IMG/VR virus record: IMGVR_UViG_3300013131_000024
Span: 45,858 to 109,857 of that record
Strand: one strand, 5' to 3'
Source: a virus
DNA length: 64,000 nt
The notes below the pieces were generated by a model. It did not search any database. It was not told the DNA's origin and saw only the letters and a list, made by a program, of their open reading frames with translations. Positions 14,653-25,156 of the stretch are shown here, in pieces (the first letter of the stretch is position 1; each line of letters opens with the position of its first letter). The position numbers and the translations under genes are program-made.

Positions 14653-15294
14653 ATGAAAGATTATTACATCTGCTCCGCAAAATATCTTATTCTAGATATA
14701 TCATATCCATATGATGAAATGTTAGACGAAGCTAGAAGACTTAGCCATCGTTTCGTACCTCACAGATCAGCTTTATCTAAAGGTTGGGAATCTTTAACAC
14801 TGCATGGCCTAGGTGAAGATAAAACCGGAAGTTTTGAAGATTATGGATACAAGAACGGAGGAGATGCAGCTAAAGATATGTATTGGACTAAGGCAGCAGA
14901 TGAATCTCCGATAACGAAAAATTTTTTATTGAATAATTTTCCAAGTAAAAGATTCGGTAGAATTCGTCTAATGAAACTTAAGGCAGGTGGGTTTATCGGA
15001 CTTCACTCTGACAGTAGTAGACCTGTTATAGAAAATATAAATTTAGTACTAAACAATCCTCAACATTGTTTATGGATATGGGGGGATGGCACCGAAGTGT
15101 TTATGGATCCTGGCAAAGCCTACGCTATGAATGTTCATTATCAACATAGTGTTTACAACAATAGCTATGAAGATAGATATCACATGATTGTAACAAGACA
15201 CGATTCAACTGATAAATGGAAAGAGATAGTACTGAAAGCATCTAAAGAAACAGGAGAATTAGGCTATTTTGAAAAAATTGATTATCTACCTTAA
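14653..15294 (+). CDS. Asp/Asn beta-hydroxylase-like 2OG-Fe(II) oxygenase
   Basis: RIRLMKL...HSD...HSVYN...RYHMIV. Confidence 0.8.
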   Translation: MKDYYICSAKYLILDISYPYDEMLDEARRLSHRFVPHRSALSKGWESLTLHGLGEDKTGSFEDYGYKNGGDAAKDMYWTKAADESPITKNFLLNNFPSKRFGRIRLMKLKAGGFIGLHSDSSRPVIENINLVLNNPQHCLWIWGDGTEVFMDPGKAYAMNVHYQHSVYNNSYEDRYHMIVTRHDSTDKWKEIVLKASKETGELGYFEKIDYLP

Positions 15295-16692
15295 TATTAT
15301 TGGCGATGTCCAGTCTTTGCTATGCCATTTTGGTTTATTAAGAATGTTGATATCTGTTAAATTAAATTTACAGACTCGATCTTTATAAACTTGCGTAGAT
15401 TTATCGCAAAATCCATCTGCAGCTCTAGCAGAGAATGAAAGAAAAATTTCCGGATTTTTTTCTTGTAATTTATAAATTAATCTGTTCTCGGCTGCTATTC
15501 TATACTTAAGACTTGAAGTATAAGAGAGTGGTGTATAATTAAATACATCACTAACATTATAAAAAGTATTTGCAGTATTATCTACCCAATCAAGATTATA
15601 TGTGCCTAAATAATTTATTAAAATAAAACCATACTGAAGATTTTTAATTCTGTTCCAAGTCATGTCCCAATCGTAGAATTTTGATTTAAATTTTTCCCAT
15701 AATATATTAGATTGTATATAATATTCTTCAGGTATATGTATAGGACCCGATGGAAAATTTTTGTTGATAAAACTTTTATAAAATTCTCCGTAATTTTCTC
15801 CACTCCATTGGCTTATCATTAAGCTCATAAATTGTAGACATTGTGGGTTCACATCGGTAATTACGACTTTGGTTTTATTTGTTGTACCTAGAATATTTAA
15901 ATTATTAATCCAATTAAAACCTGTGCCTGTAGTGATATATTGCTCAATAGGACCTTGACAATTTATATTATCTAATAGACTATCTGAATTGTGCGAAGGA
16001 ACAAAATTAGATCCGAAAAATTGATAATAATATAAGTCAGCAACTTCTTTTAAAAAAACATGATCGTGTTCATAATAAAGATATTTTTTATAGTTCCTTA
16101 TATCGCCTAAATCTATTATTTTTTTTTCCTTTAACAATAATTTAGATATAAGATTCCACCCGTGCTTTTTACCCACATATGTTTTTTTATTTTTTCCTGT
16201 TTTAATCCAAAGAGGAACATAATCGTCGTGTACATTTTCTTCACTTCTTATTGGCTCTATCTGATCATGATATTCATCTTGTTCATAGCCCATCTCTGGC
16301 ATATCGATATCGGAATAGTCATATAAATTTAAAATATAGAACTGATGATGTAATTCGTAATAATATTCTTTTCTATCTAAAATGTGTCCTGCTAAACTAA
16401 AATCTGTAGAACAAAGTTTTTCAACAGACTCAAATAGTTTATCGTTCATTTTTAAACTTGTACCAGTCGAAATAAAAACAGCATACTTGTATTCTTCATA
16501 TACTGCCATTTTAGCTAATAGATCTTCAGATTCTCCTATGAGAATATCAAACCTTTCATGACATTTAAATATAAATTGATCTGTAAGATTAATTGATATC
16601 TCTTTAGCCCAGTTAGTTTGACAATTATTAGTATTATCAATAATGCAAAATACTATGGGTTTTTTCTTGCTAACACTAAATTTTATTGCCAT
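15286..16692 (-). CDS. hypothetical protein
   Basis: 468 aa ORF; no confident motif. Confidence 0.8.
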   Translation of the reverse strand: MAIKFSVSKKKPIVFCIIDNTNNCQTNWAKEISINLTDQFIFKCHERFDILIGESEDLLAKMAVYEEYKYAVFISTGTSLKMNDKLFESVEKLCSTDFSLAGHILDRKEYYYELHHQFYILNLYDYSDIDMPEMGYEQDEYHDQIEPIRSEENVHDDYVPLWIKTGKNKKTYVGKKHGWNLISKLLLKEKKIIDLGDIRNYKKYLYYEHDHVFLKEVADLYYYQFFGSNFVPSHNSDSLLDNINCQGPIEQYITTGTGFNWINNLNILGTTNKTKVVITDVNPQCLQFMSLMISQWSGENYGEFYKSFINKNFPSGPIHIPEEYYIQSNILWEKFKSKFYDWDMTWNRIKNLQYGFILINYLGTYNLDWVDNTANTFYNVSDVFNYTPLSYTSSLKYRIAAENRLIYKLQEKNPEIFLSFSARAADGFCDKSTQVYKDRVCKFNLTDINILNKPKWHSKDWTSPIILR

Positions 16693-17249
16693 TTTGGAAA
16701 CCTACTAAGTTGTCGTAAAAATTTTTCTGCATCTAATTGCCATACAGTTTGTAATGTTTCTCTATAAAATACTTGTCCTATATTTTTTAGGACACCTTGT
16801 TTTTCTAGAGCAGGACCAAATATATTGTTAACTCGACGCTGTGTTCCTACATCACTTTCGTTAGATGTTATGTAAAGCTTAGACGTTGGTGGAGCCCATT
16901 CAATACATTTGGGTATTAGAAATTGAGAAGTAGGATTTTGATATTCGGTTATAACTCTAATAGTTCTTAAGGCTCGTCCATACGAACCCTCTATTTCATC
17001 AGTTAATACACACGTTCTGGCTGCTATTCTATAACTTCCTTCTCCCATAACATCTTCGAAACTATGAGCAGCTACACTTCCGATTGGTTTAGATTTAAAA
17101 TACAATATCCAGACCTGTTTTTCTTTTTCATTATTAAAGCAATCAACTAATTTTTTCTGGCTACAATTATTCAAAAAACCTTTAGCTTTAGCTCTTTCAT
17201 AGAAATAAGATAAATCTAGATCTTCAGACCAAGGAATTACGTAGAACAT
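16683..17249 (-). CDS. GNAT-like acyltransferase (tentative)
   Basis: VWILYF..PIGSVAAH...RIAARTC pattern. Confidence 0.5.
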   Translation of the reverse strand: MFYVIPWSEDLDLSYFYERAKAKGFLNNCSQKKLVDCFNNEKEKQVWILYFKSKPIGSVAAHSFEDVMGEGSYRIAARTCVLTDEIEGSYGRALRTIRVITEYQNPTSQFLIPKCIEWAPPTSKLYITSNESDVGTQRRVNNIFGPALEKQGVLKNIGQVFYRETLQTVWQLDAEKFLRQLSRFPKWQ

Positions 17250-17923
17250 AAAATCTTATCGATAAATTCAGACGAATAGTTATTCCTAAAACTATTCCAA
17301 CAAAGTTTTTCAAGTATTTTAAAACTTTGAGGTTCCTCCCATTTTATATTTAAGATGTCAAGATGTTTTTTCATTTCATTTTGTCTTGTAGAATATATAT
17401 GACTTTCAACGTCTTTTATACTGATGTTAGGTTCATCTTCGTGATACGTGAAAAAATAATTTATACTTTTTAGTTTTCCTTGGACTATAAAATAGCTACT
17501 TGGATGCATACTGAATTTGTATAGTTTTAAAAATTTATGAGCTTTAATTATGTCAATCATCTGCTCTTGCCAATTTGGTAAAACGATATCATAATTTTCA
17601 GTAGCGCATCCTGCCTGCTCCCAAAAATCAACACCGTCTATTTGTAAATATATTTTTCTTTCAGTATAATCTATATCCAAAATAAAAGGAACATGCATAG
17701 GAAATGAACTGTGCATTATTTTTAGGAATTTAACTTCTCTTTCCCACTTTTCCTCCATCTTATCTGGATCAATAATCTCATTCATTCCTTTATGATAATT
17801 ATTGTCGTTATAATACCATTGGACAAATGTTTTTTTGTCTTTGCTTATTAAGCTAGTGTAAATTAAATTATTTCGACAATTTCCCTTACCCGGAACATTG
17901 TTGTAATAGTATTCGTATTTCAT
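17237..17923 (-). CDS. protein-kinase-like fold protein (tentative)
   Basis: WEREVKFL...VPFILDID...IYL...MHPSSYFI...LKSINYF; paralog of 26454-27146. Confidence 0.55.
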   Translation of the reverse strand: MKYEYYYNNVPGKGNCRNNLIYTSLISKDKKTFVQWYYNDNNYHKGMNEIIDPDKMEEKWEREVKFLKIMHSSFPMHVPFILDIDYTERKIYLQIDGVDFWEQAGCATENYDIVLPNWQEQMIDIIKAHKFLKLYKFSMHPSSYFIVQGKLKSINYFFTYHEDEPNISIKDVESHIYSTRQNEMKKHLDILNIKWEEPQSFKILEKLCWNSFRNNYSSEFIDKILCST

Positions 17924-17968
17924 AGATAGCATATTAATTTATCAATAAATATCTCGACCAAAATAAAA

Positions 17969-19447
17969 ATGTTAAAATGTATATTGTTCAATGTAGCCAG
18001 CGGAACTAATTTCGCAGGAAATGGTAGATCCGTTGGGGTTTACAGAATCTCTCACCATCTTCGAGAAGAAGGTTGGGATGTAGAAGTTATAGATTTTGCT
18101 AACGAATGGAGTTTAGAAGATCTTAAATTACTTGCTAAATCAAGGATGCATGGCGGACTAAAATTTTTTGGATTCAGTCATATGTATTCAATATGGACTG
18201 AAACCTTAGAGAAATTTTGTCAATGGATTAAAAAAGAGTATAGTGACATAGTTCTAATATCTGGCTCTAGTGTATCACCTCAATTTACGTCTATACATTT
18301 AGATTTTTATATTCAAGGATTCGGAGAAAACGCTATAACAGCTTTACTATCATGGTTGTTTGGCAACGGACCTAAACCAATTTTTTCTATATTCAAAGCA
18401 AACGGAAAACCATTAATTGCTGCCAACGACAATTATCCTTCATATCCAAGGAGAAACTTAAATGTAATTTACGAAGATAGAGATTTTATCGAATCAGAAG
18501 AGTGGTTAGGCATAGAATTTTCTAGAGGATGTAAATTTAGTTGTGATTTTTGTAATTTTCCAGTATTAGGCGTAAAAGGTGATTATACCAGAGATGCCGA
18601 AAATTTTGAAATACAGATAAAAGATGCTTATGATAGATTTGGTGTTACTAACTATTTGGTATCAGACGAAACATTTAATGATCGTACAGAAAAAATTACT
18701 AAATTTGCAGATATAATAGATAAATTAGATTTTAAACCTTGGTTTAGCGGATTTATACGTCCTGATCTCTTAATTAACAGACCGCAGGACAGAGAAGAAC
18801 TGCTACGCATGAATTTTTTAGGTCACCATTATGGTATAGAAAGTTTTAATTACAAAGCAGTTAAATCTATTGGAAAAGGTATGAATCCTGAAAAGGTTAA
18901 ACAGGGTCTTATAGATGTTAGAAAATATTTTGAAAATAATGGAATTAAAAAATACAGAGCTTTATTAACTTTTATCATAGGTCTACCTCATGAAACAAAA
19001 GATGACATTGAACGAACCACTAGATGGTTGATAGAAAATTGGCAAGGACAGTCATGGACTCCCTTCGTTCTGGAGATCCCCGTTGGGGAACTTAATAGAA
19101 AAAGTAAGATGAGCATGAACTATGAGAAATATGGCTATAGAATTTTTCAAGGAGAGCACAAACATCTAGAGTATAAACAGGCAAGAGTATCTAAAGATTT
19201 GTTAATTTGGGAGCATGATCATATGAATTATTTCGATGCCTATGATTTATTTTACAAAATGATAGAATCAAGAAATGATTTAAATAATAATTTTACTTTA
19301 GCTCCTTGGGATCTAGCTATGATAGGTCTTCCAGGAAACGTCTATGATCGACTCATGTTACACAATTCATGTTTACAGGACAAAATTATAGAAGAAAATA
19401 GAATAAAATTTATACAAAGATACATAAGGAAAAAATTAGAATGTTAA
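17969..19447 (+). CDS. B12-binding-domain radical SAM enzyme
   Basis: EFSRGCKFSCDFC, DETFN, GIES, FIIGLPHET. Confidence 0.9.
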   Translation: MLKCILFNVASGTNFAGNGRSVGVYRISHHLREEGWDVEVIDFANEWSLEDLKLLAKSRMHGGLKFFGFSHMYSIWTETLEKFCQWIKKEYSDIVLISGSSVSPQFTSIHLDFYIQGFGENAITALLSWLFGNGPKPIFSIFKANGKPLIAANDNYPSYPRRNLNVIYEDRDFIESEEWLGIEFSRGCKFSCDFCNFPVLGVKGDYTRDAENFEIQIKDAYDRFGVTNYLVSDETFNDRTEKITKFADIIDKLDFKPWFSGFIRPDLLINRPQDREELLRMNFLGHHYGIESFNYKAVKSIGKGMNPEKVKQGLIDVRKYFENNGIKKYRALLTFIIGLPHETKDDIERTTRWLIENWQGQSWTPFVLEIPVGELNRKSKMSMNYEKYGYRIFQGEHKHLEYKQARVSKDLLIWEHDHMNYFDAYDLFYKMIESRNDLNNNFTLAPWDLAMIGLPGNVYDRLMLHNSCLQDKIIEENRIKFIQRYIRKKLEC

Positions 19448-20910
19448 AATGTATTTTGTTTAACGTTGACAACGGTCCCTTAACTAGAAGACCAATAGGA
19501 GCACATAGAATAGCTCATTTTTTAAGAGAAAACAATTGGGATGCTGAAGTAATAGATTTTTTCAAATTTTGGAGTTTTGATCAACTACAACAATTAGCTA
19601 AACAAAAATTTACTCCAGATGTTAAATGGATCGGAATTTCTTATCTTTTTTTGTCATCTCCTATCGAATCTGTTGATAATTTTTTCTTGTGGGTAAAAAA
19701 GGAATATCCACATATAAAAATCATAGTAGGAAGCCCGATACAGTATAATCAAAAATCTGTGTACGTTGACTATAATATATCTGGGTTCGGAGAAAACGCT
19801 CTGTTAGAACTATTAAAATATCTTTTCAGCAATGGAGCGTCACCGAAATTTTCGTTGGCTACCCATGCCGGAAAACAGATACTAGCTAATGAAATGTACC
19901 CTTCTTATCCTATGAAGAGCCTCAATATAATCTATGAAGATAGAGACTTCATCCAGCCAGAAGAGTGGCTAGGCATTGAATTTGCTAGAGGTTGTAAATT
20001 TAGTTGTGCTTTCTGTAATTTTCCAGTTATAGGTGTTAAAGGAGATTACTCTCGAGATGCGGAAGATTTCGAAGTACAGATCAAGGATGCCTATGATAGA
20101 TTTGGTGTAGAGAACTACTGGGTTTCAGATGAAACGTTTAATGATCGCACGGAGAAAATCACCAAGTTCGCTGATGTTGTTGAAACACTTTCATTTACTC
20201 CATATTTTACCGGATTTATTAGACCTGACCTGTTAATCATTAGACCACAAGATAGAGAAGAACTTCTGCGAATGAATTTTTTAGGTCACTTTTACGGCGT
20301 TGAAACTTTTAATCAAGAAACTGGAAAAATTATAGGAAAAGGTATGGATCCTATTAAAATGAAAGAAGGATTGATAGCTATACGTAAATATTATGAACAA
20401 TATGAAAATAGAAGATATCGGGGCAGTATAAGTTTAATTGCAGGGCTACCTTACGAATCGATTGACAGTATTTTACAAACCAAAGATTGGTTGATAGAAA
20501 ATTGGCAAGGACAAAATTTTACCATGTATCCATTAGAGATTGGAGTTGATGAATTTGATAATCCATCAAAAATAAGTAAAAATTGGAAAAAATATGGTTA
20601 TGTAGATGCATCTAACGATCCTGATATAGGACACCATTTCGCACACATAGGAAATATGCAAATGAATAAAATTTTTATTTGGAAAAATGATTTCACTAAT
20701 CTTAAAGAAGCCAGCGACATAGCGTATCTATATTGGAAAGAAAAATACAATACTGGAAACGATTTTAGACTTAGCAACTTTGCATTATTACATTTAGGAT
20801 TACCTAAAAACTTAGATGAAAAATTTTCTGTAAAAGATACCGAAGAGATAGAAATGTACTCGGCAAATAAAATTATACAAGATTATATAGAGAAAAAATT
20901 AAACAATTAG
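19441..20910 (+). CDS. B12-binding-domain radical SAM enzyme (tandem paralog)
   Basis: EFARGCKFSCAFC; long stretches identical to upstream gene. Confidence 0.9.
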   Translation: MLKCILFNVDNGPLTRRPIGAHRIAHFLRENNWDAEVIDFFKFWSFDQLQQLAKQKFTPDVKWIGISYLFLSSPIESVDNFFLWVKKEYPHIKIIVGSPIQYNQKSVYVDYNISGFGENALLELLKYLFSNGASPKFSLATHAGKQILANEMYPSYPMKSLNIIYEDRDFIQPEEWLGIEFARGCKFSCAFCNFPVIGVKGDYSRDAEDFEVQIKDAYDRFGVENYWVSDETFNDRTEKITKFADVVETLSFTPYFTGFIRPDLLIIRPQDREELLRMNFLGHFYGVETFNQETGKIIGKGMDPIKMKEGLIAIRKYYEQYENRRYRGSISLIAGLPYESIDSILQTKDWLIENWQGQNFTMYPLEIGVDEFDNPSKISKNWKKYGYVDASNDPDIGHHFAHIGNMQMNKIFIWKNDFTNLKEASDIAYLYWKEKYNTGNDFRLSNFALLHLGLPKNLDEKFSVKDTEEIEMYSANKIIQDYIEKKLNN

Positions 20911-20920
20911 TTACGAAAAA

Positions 20921-21988
20921 ATGAAAAAATTGTCAGATACTCTTTCTGTTTGTGAATTTTGTTATAGACATGTGCCAGCCATACGATTTGAAAGAGATGG
21001 AGGAATCTGGTTGTGGAAAAAATGTAAATGGCATGGAGAATCAGAACATTTAGTCGAGCCTGATGCAAGTTTTTATTTAAATTATACCTACATAAGAAAA
21101 CAATTAGAAAGTTACATGATTGATATAACCAATAAATGTAATCTCACTTGTCCAAACTGTCATCAAGAACCGAATAATAATTCAAAAGATTTACCTATAA
21201 ATTTTTTTATAGATATCATATCATCATGGCCAGATAACGGTTGGCCAGTAGCACTTTGTGGGGCAGAACCGACTATTAGAAAAGATTTACCTGAATTTGT
21301 AGAAGCCATTAATTCTATGCCAAGAAAGAAACGTGATATTATTATCCTCACCAACGCTGTGCGACTGGCTGATGAAAATTATACGCAGCAATTTATTGCC
21401 TACAACAATATCTACTGGACTATTGGGTTAAACCATCCTGAATATCAAGGGCATAAGGTTAGAGAAAAACAAATTAAAGGAATTGAAAATTTAGTAAAAT
21501 ATAAACAAAAAATTAAGAATATCAGTTACACTTTAGAAATACTAGGACAAATGGAGTATTGTCTTGAAGAGTTACAAGAATTTTCAAAAAAATATTGTAA
21601 GGCCTTTAGAGTAAGGACAGGTGTTGATATTGGCAGATATCCAGGAGGTCCAAAAGTGTATATGTCAGATTTAGTCAAAGAAATGAATAGAGTGGCAGAA
21701 AAAAATAAATGGCCAATTGAAAAAATTAATGACCAAGGTAATAGAGCTCATTACGCTGTGTTAATTAATGATGTGCCAGTAAAAATTATTCAATGGCCAG
21801 ATGCACAAACATTAGATTTAAGAGAAATACAAACGGAAGCTTTTGGAGATTTTGTACCTAACAAACCAGCATCTCCGCTGATCCATCAAATTATTTTACG
21901 AGATGCACACATTAACAAAGGTCTTCCTCTATATGATACCATTCCACAGGAATATTTAGATAATTATGGCAATCATAGGAATCAATAA
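20921..21988 (+). CDS. radical SAM enzyme with N-terminal CxxC...CxxHG metal module
   Basis: SVCEFC...KKCKWHG; ITNKCNLTCPNC; GAEPT. Confidence 0.85.
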   Translation: MKKLSDTLSVCEFCYRHVPAIRFERDGGIWLWKKCKWHGESEHLVEPDASFYLNYTYIRKQLESYMIDITNKCNLTCPNCHQEPNNNSKDLPINFFIDIISSWPDNGWPVALCGAEPTIRKDLPEFVEAINSMPRKKRDIIILTNAVRLADENYTQQFIAYNNIYWTIGLNHPEYQGHKVREKQIKGIENLVKYKQKIKNISYTLEILGQMEYCLEELQEFSKKYCKAFRVRTGVDIGRYPGGPKVYMSDLVKEMNRVAEKNKWPIEKINDQGNRAHYAVLINDVPVKIIQWPDAQTLDLREIQTEAFGDFVPNKPASPLIHQIILRDAHINKGLPLYDTIPQEYLDNYGNHRNQ

Positions 21989-22775
21989 TTTACCTTATAT
22001 AGATATGGAACCATACTTAGATATGGATATCTTTGAAAAATTACAGCCTGAAATCTACACAGGATTTTCGTTGGCTAGAGAATATGCCAAAGAAGGAACT
22101 TGGATGCAGCCTGGATTTTCTATGAAAGATATGAGCTATATTATAAATTGGAAACCAATATATAAAGCAATGGAAGAGTTTCAATCATTGCCGGACGACA
22201 ACCCAATTAAAAAGGAAGGAATAAAGTTAATGCCATCCGATTTCAAAGATTTTCGTCAAAGAAATATTTTTACAAGATATTTAAAAATGGCTATGGGAGC
22301 ATACGATCCTTACATTTATTATTTTTTATGGGAAGAAGGCGATTGGAATAACAGAGAAAAAGAACGTAAGATGACCGACGAAGCAAAATATTTTCCTTCT
22401 GTTGTAGAATGGGTATTGAATCTTCAAAAAACACAGATATTTGAACATATTGGTAGAGTAATATTTTTCCACTGTGAGGCAGACGGCATTCCATTTGAAC
22501 ATAGAGATCTAGATGCCCAAAACGGCATAGACATAATTAAACCTCATCGAAACGAATTTATACATATTAGACCTGATACAAAAAAATCATTTTATATTTG
22601 GGATCCAAAAAAGAAAAATAAAATTTATCTTAATACAAGAGCAGCATGGTGGAATGACGTGGACTGGCATGGAGGAGAGAGGATTATGGAACAGAGTTAT
22701 AGCTTACGTGTAGATGGCAGGTTTACCGATGAGTTTCGGAAACGTTTAGGTATAAATCACTTGGATAATTATTAA
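21966..22775 (+). CDS. 2OG-Fe(II) oxygenase-like protein
   Basis: EHRD...DWHGG...SLRVDG. Confidence 0.75.
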   Translation: MAIIGINNLPYIDMEPYLDMDIFEKLQPEIYTGFSLAREYAKEGTWMQPGFSMKDMSYIINWKPIYKAMEEFQSLPDDNPIKKEGIKLMPSDFKDFRQRNIFTRYLKMAMGAYDPYIYYFLWEEGDWNNREKERKMTDEAKYFPSVVEWVLNLQKTQIFEHIGRVIFFHCEADGIPFEHRDLDAQNGIDIIKPHRNEFIHIRPDTKKSFYIWDPKKKNKIYLNTRAAWWNDVDWHGGERIMEQSYSLRVDGRFTDEFRKRLGINHLDNY

Positions 22776-23548
22776 TGATAGGACTATACGGAAAAACTCA
22801 TTTTGAATTAGATGAATTTATAGATTTAACTGAGTTTGACAATATTCAATTGGATATTTTTAGAGGTATAGCCATAGCTAAATCTCTTGCAGATCATGGA
22901 TATCTAATATCCATGAAAATGTATAACGACGAGGATCTAAGTTCAACTCTTTCTGTTTTACCACTAATGGATGCATACAGAGATTTTTTGTCTCTACCTG
23001 AAAATAATGATGTGAAAATAATCGGAGACAAAATTTATAGAGAACATGGCTATAATGCATTAGCAACTTTTTTAAAATATACATATAAAGCTCACGACTT
23101 ATGTTCCCATTACTTATTTTGGGATTATCATCCGAACTGGAGATTAAACAAACATAATAGACAATTAACCAAATTATCAGAACATTTCTCACCATTAATT
23201 AATTACATTGACAGTTTAATTAGAAAAGAAATATTCATTAATATTGGAAGAGCGTATCTAATATCTTTTGACTCTAAAGGTCATTCTTTTGAACACAGAG
23301 ATCCGCACTTAGATCCAGATGTATCAGAAGATGTTTTTCCTGAATTCATACATATAAGACCTAATACAAAAAGACCGTTTTACATTTTTGATCATGAAAA
23401 AAATAAAAAACATTATGTTATGTCTAGAATAGGTTGGTGGAATGATAGAGACATACATGGCGGTGAGGCAATATCTGAACCAACATATGCTATTCGCATT
23501 GACGGAATTTTTACGGATAAATTTAAAAAACAATTATGCATTTTATAG
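22775..23548 (+). CDS. 2OG-Fe(II) oxygenase-like protein (paralog of 21966)
   Basis: EHRD...EFIHIRP...DIHGG...AIRIDG. Confidence 0.75.
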   Translation: MIGLYGKTHFELDEFIDLTEFDNIQLDIFRGIAIAKSLADHGYLISMKMYNDEDLSSTLSVLPLMDAYRDFLSLPENNDVKIIGDKIYREHGYNALATFLKYTYKAHDLCSHYLFWDYHPNWRLNKHNRQLTKLSEHFSPLINYIDSLIRKEIFINIGRAYLISFDSKGHSFEHRDPHLDPDVSEDVFPEFIHIRPNTKRPFYIFDHEKNKKHYVMSRIGWWNDRDIHGGEAISEPTYAIRIDGIFTDKFKKQLCIL

Positions 23549-24039
23549 ATAATTATAAAGATTGGATAGATTCGTCTTTAACTAATTACCTTTTGAACAA
23601 CGAAGGAATCTTAAGGCCAAATATAGGAACTAATCCCGATGTCGAAGAATTTAAAAATGCTGAAAAAGCAGGATACGATCTTAGAAAAACATGGTGGCAC
23701 ATTTATGAACCAAATATTTTGCCATTTACAATTAAATTACCTATAGAATCGAATAGATCGTCGATATGGTGGTTCATTAAACTACTACCGGGAGGAATGA
23801 TGCCCATGCATCGAGATCCTCATGTAAGATTTGATAATGTAAAAAATCCTACAAGGTACTGGATGCCTCTACAAGATTACGAACCGGGCCATATTTTTGT
23901 CTATAATAATGTCGTTCTTACCGATTACAAAGCTGGAGATCTTTGGAGCTACGGGGACAGCGATGAGCTTCATGGCGCTTGCAACATCAGTTATATTCCA
24001 AGGTTAACATTTCTTTTTACGATATATGACATCCCATGA
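23536..24039 (+). CDS. 2OG-Fe(II) oxygenase-like protein
   Basis: PMHRD...LHGACN...RLTF. Confidence 0.75.
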   Translation: MHFIDNYKDWIDSSLTNYLLNNEGILRPNIGTNPDVEEFKNAEKAGYDLRKTWWHIYEPNILPFTIKLPIESNRSSIWWFIKLLPGGMMPMHRDPHVRFDNVKNPTRYWMPLQDYEPGHIFVYNNVVLTDYKAGDLWSYGDSDELHGACNISYIPRLTFLFTIYDIP

Positions 24040-24635
24040 TATACACTTTAAATTTAAAATATGATGTGGAAGAATCTAGAAAATATCTAGAAATTCTCAA
24101 CGAAAAATTTTATAATCTTCATTGGTTCTATAGAAAACATCATAATGAACCAAGAGTCATAGAGAAAAAAAATGCTATGGATGATGTACACGGATGGGGT
24201 CTACAAACAATATACGATGATCAATTTTTTCCCTACCATTGTGATATAGATCCTCATAACGAAACAGCCGAATATTTTAAAGATACTCCTATGGTATTTG
24301 GATTTTTCTATAGATTCAAAAATTTATTCAAAAATCCTTATAGATCTTTCTTGATGAATTTCCCAGGACATCATCATATAGGAAAATGGCTTCCGACTAA
24401 ACCCTTGCACGGAAAGATTTTTCTTCCGATATATTCTAATGAAGAATCTGTTTTAATAACTTATAGTCAACCAATGGTTCAAATGAAATTTGAAGTGGGG
24501 AAAATATATTTGATAGATATGACGACACACCACGGTGAATTCAGAAACGATGGGGATTCTAAGATTTCTTTTATAACCTTTAATGTTCTTCCTGAGACCT
24601 TTAATAAAATTTTAGAATTACAAGGAACAGTATGA
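24036..24635 (+). CDS. divergent Asp-beta-hydroxylase-like DSBH protein
   Basis: GWGLQ, GKIYLID..HH.EFRN; the HxD motif at the usual position is degenerate. Confidence 0.55.
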   Translation: MIYTLNLKYDVEESRKYLEILNEKFYNLHWFYRKHHNEPRVIEKKNAMDDVHGWGLQTIYDDQFFPYHCDIDPHNETAEYFKDTPMVFGFFYRFKNLFKNPYRSFLMNFPGHHHIGKWLPTKPLHGKIFLPIYSNEESVLITYSQPMVQMKFEVGKIYLIDMTTHHGEFRNDGDSKISFITFNVLPETFNKILELQGTV

Positions 24636-25156
24636 GGTATATAGAAAATTATAACTCTTGGATCACTAGCGATCTCATGAACCATTTAGAAACACATGAC
24701 GGTGATACTAGATACGTCTATCAACCAGAACGTTGGAAAACAGGAAACTCTATTTTAGAAGAATTCAATGAAAGATGCAGAAAAGCATACTCAAAAAATC
24801 CACCATGTTTTCAACAGTTCAATTCTAATTCTAAAGACATGGAAAATTTTCCAATAATTTTACCAGACCTCCCTGAAAAAAGATCTAACTGTCATTGGTG
24901 GTTTGTTAAATTACTTCCCGGACAATTCCAAGCTATGCACGTTGATCCTCATTTATTAGAGGTAAAAAATCCGCTGAGATATACCTTATTTCTACAAGAT
25001 TTTATACCGGGGCACATATTTGTATGGGATGATAAAATAATTACAAATTATAAAAAGGGAGATATGTATGAATGGAGTGATCCTATGATAGTTCACGGTC
25101 CGGCCAATATATCTTTTGAAAACAGATACACGTTGCAGATAACTCTTTATGATTGA
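24632..25156 (+). CDS. 2OG-Fe(II) oxygenase-like protein (paralog of 23536)
   Basis: AMHVD...VHGPAN...RYTLQI. Confidence 0.75.
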   Translation: MRYIENYNSWITSDLMNHLETHDGDTRYVYQPERWKTGNSILEEFNERCRKAYSKNPPCFQQFNSNSKDMENFPIILPDLPEKRSNCHWWFVKLLPGQFQAMHVDPHLLEVKNPLRYTLFLQDFIPGHIFVWDDKIITNYKKGDMYEWSDPMIVHGPANISFENRYTLQITLYD

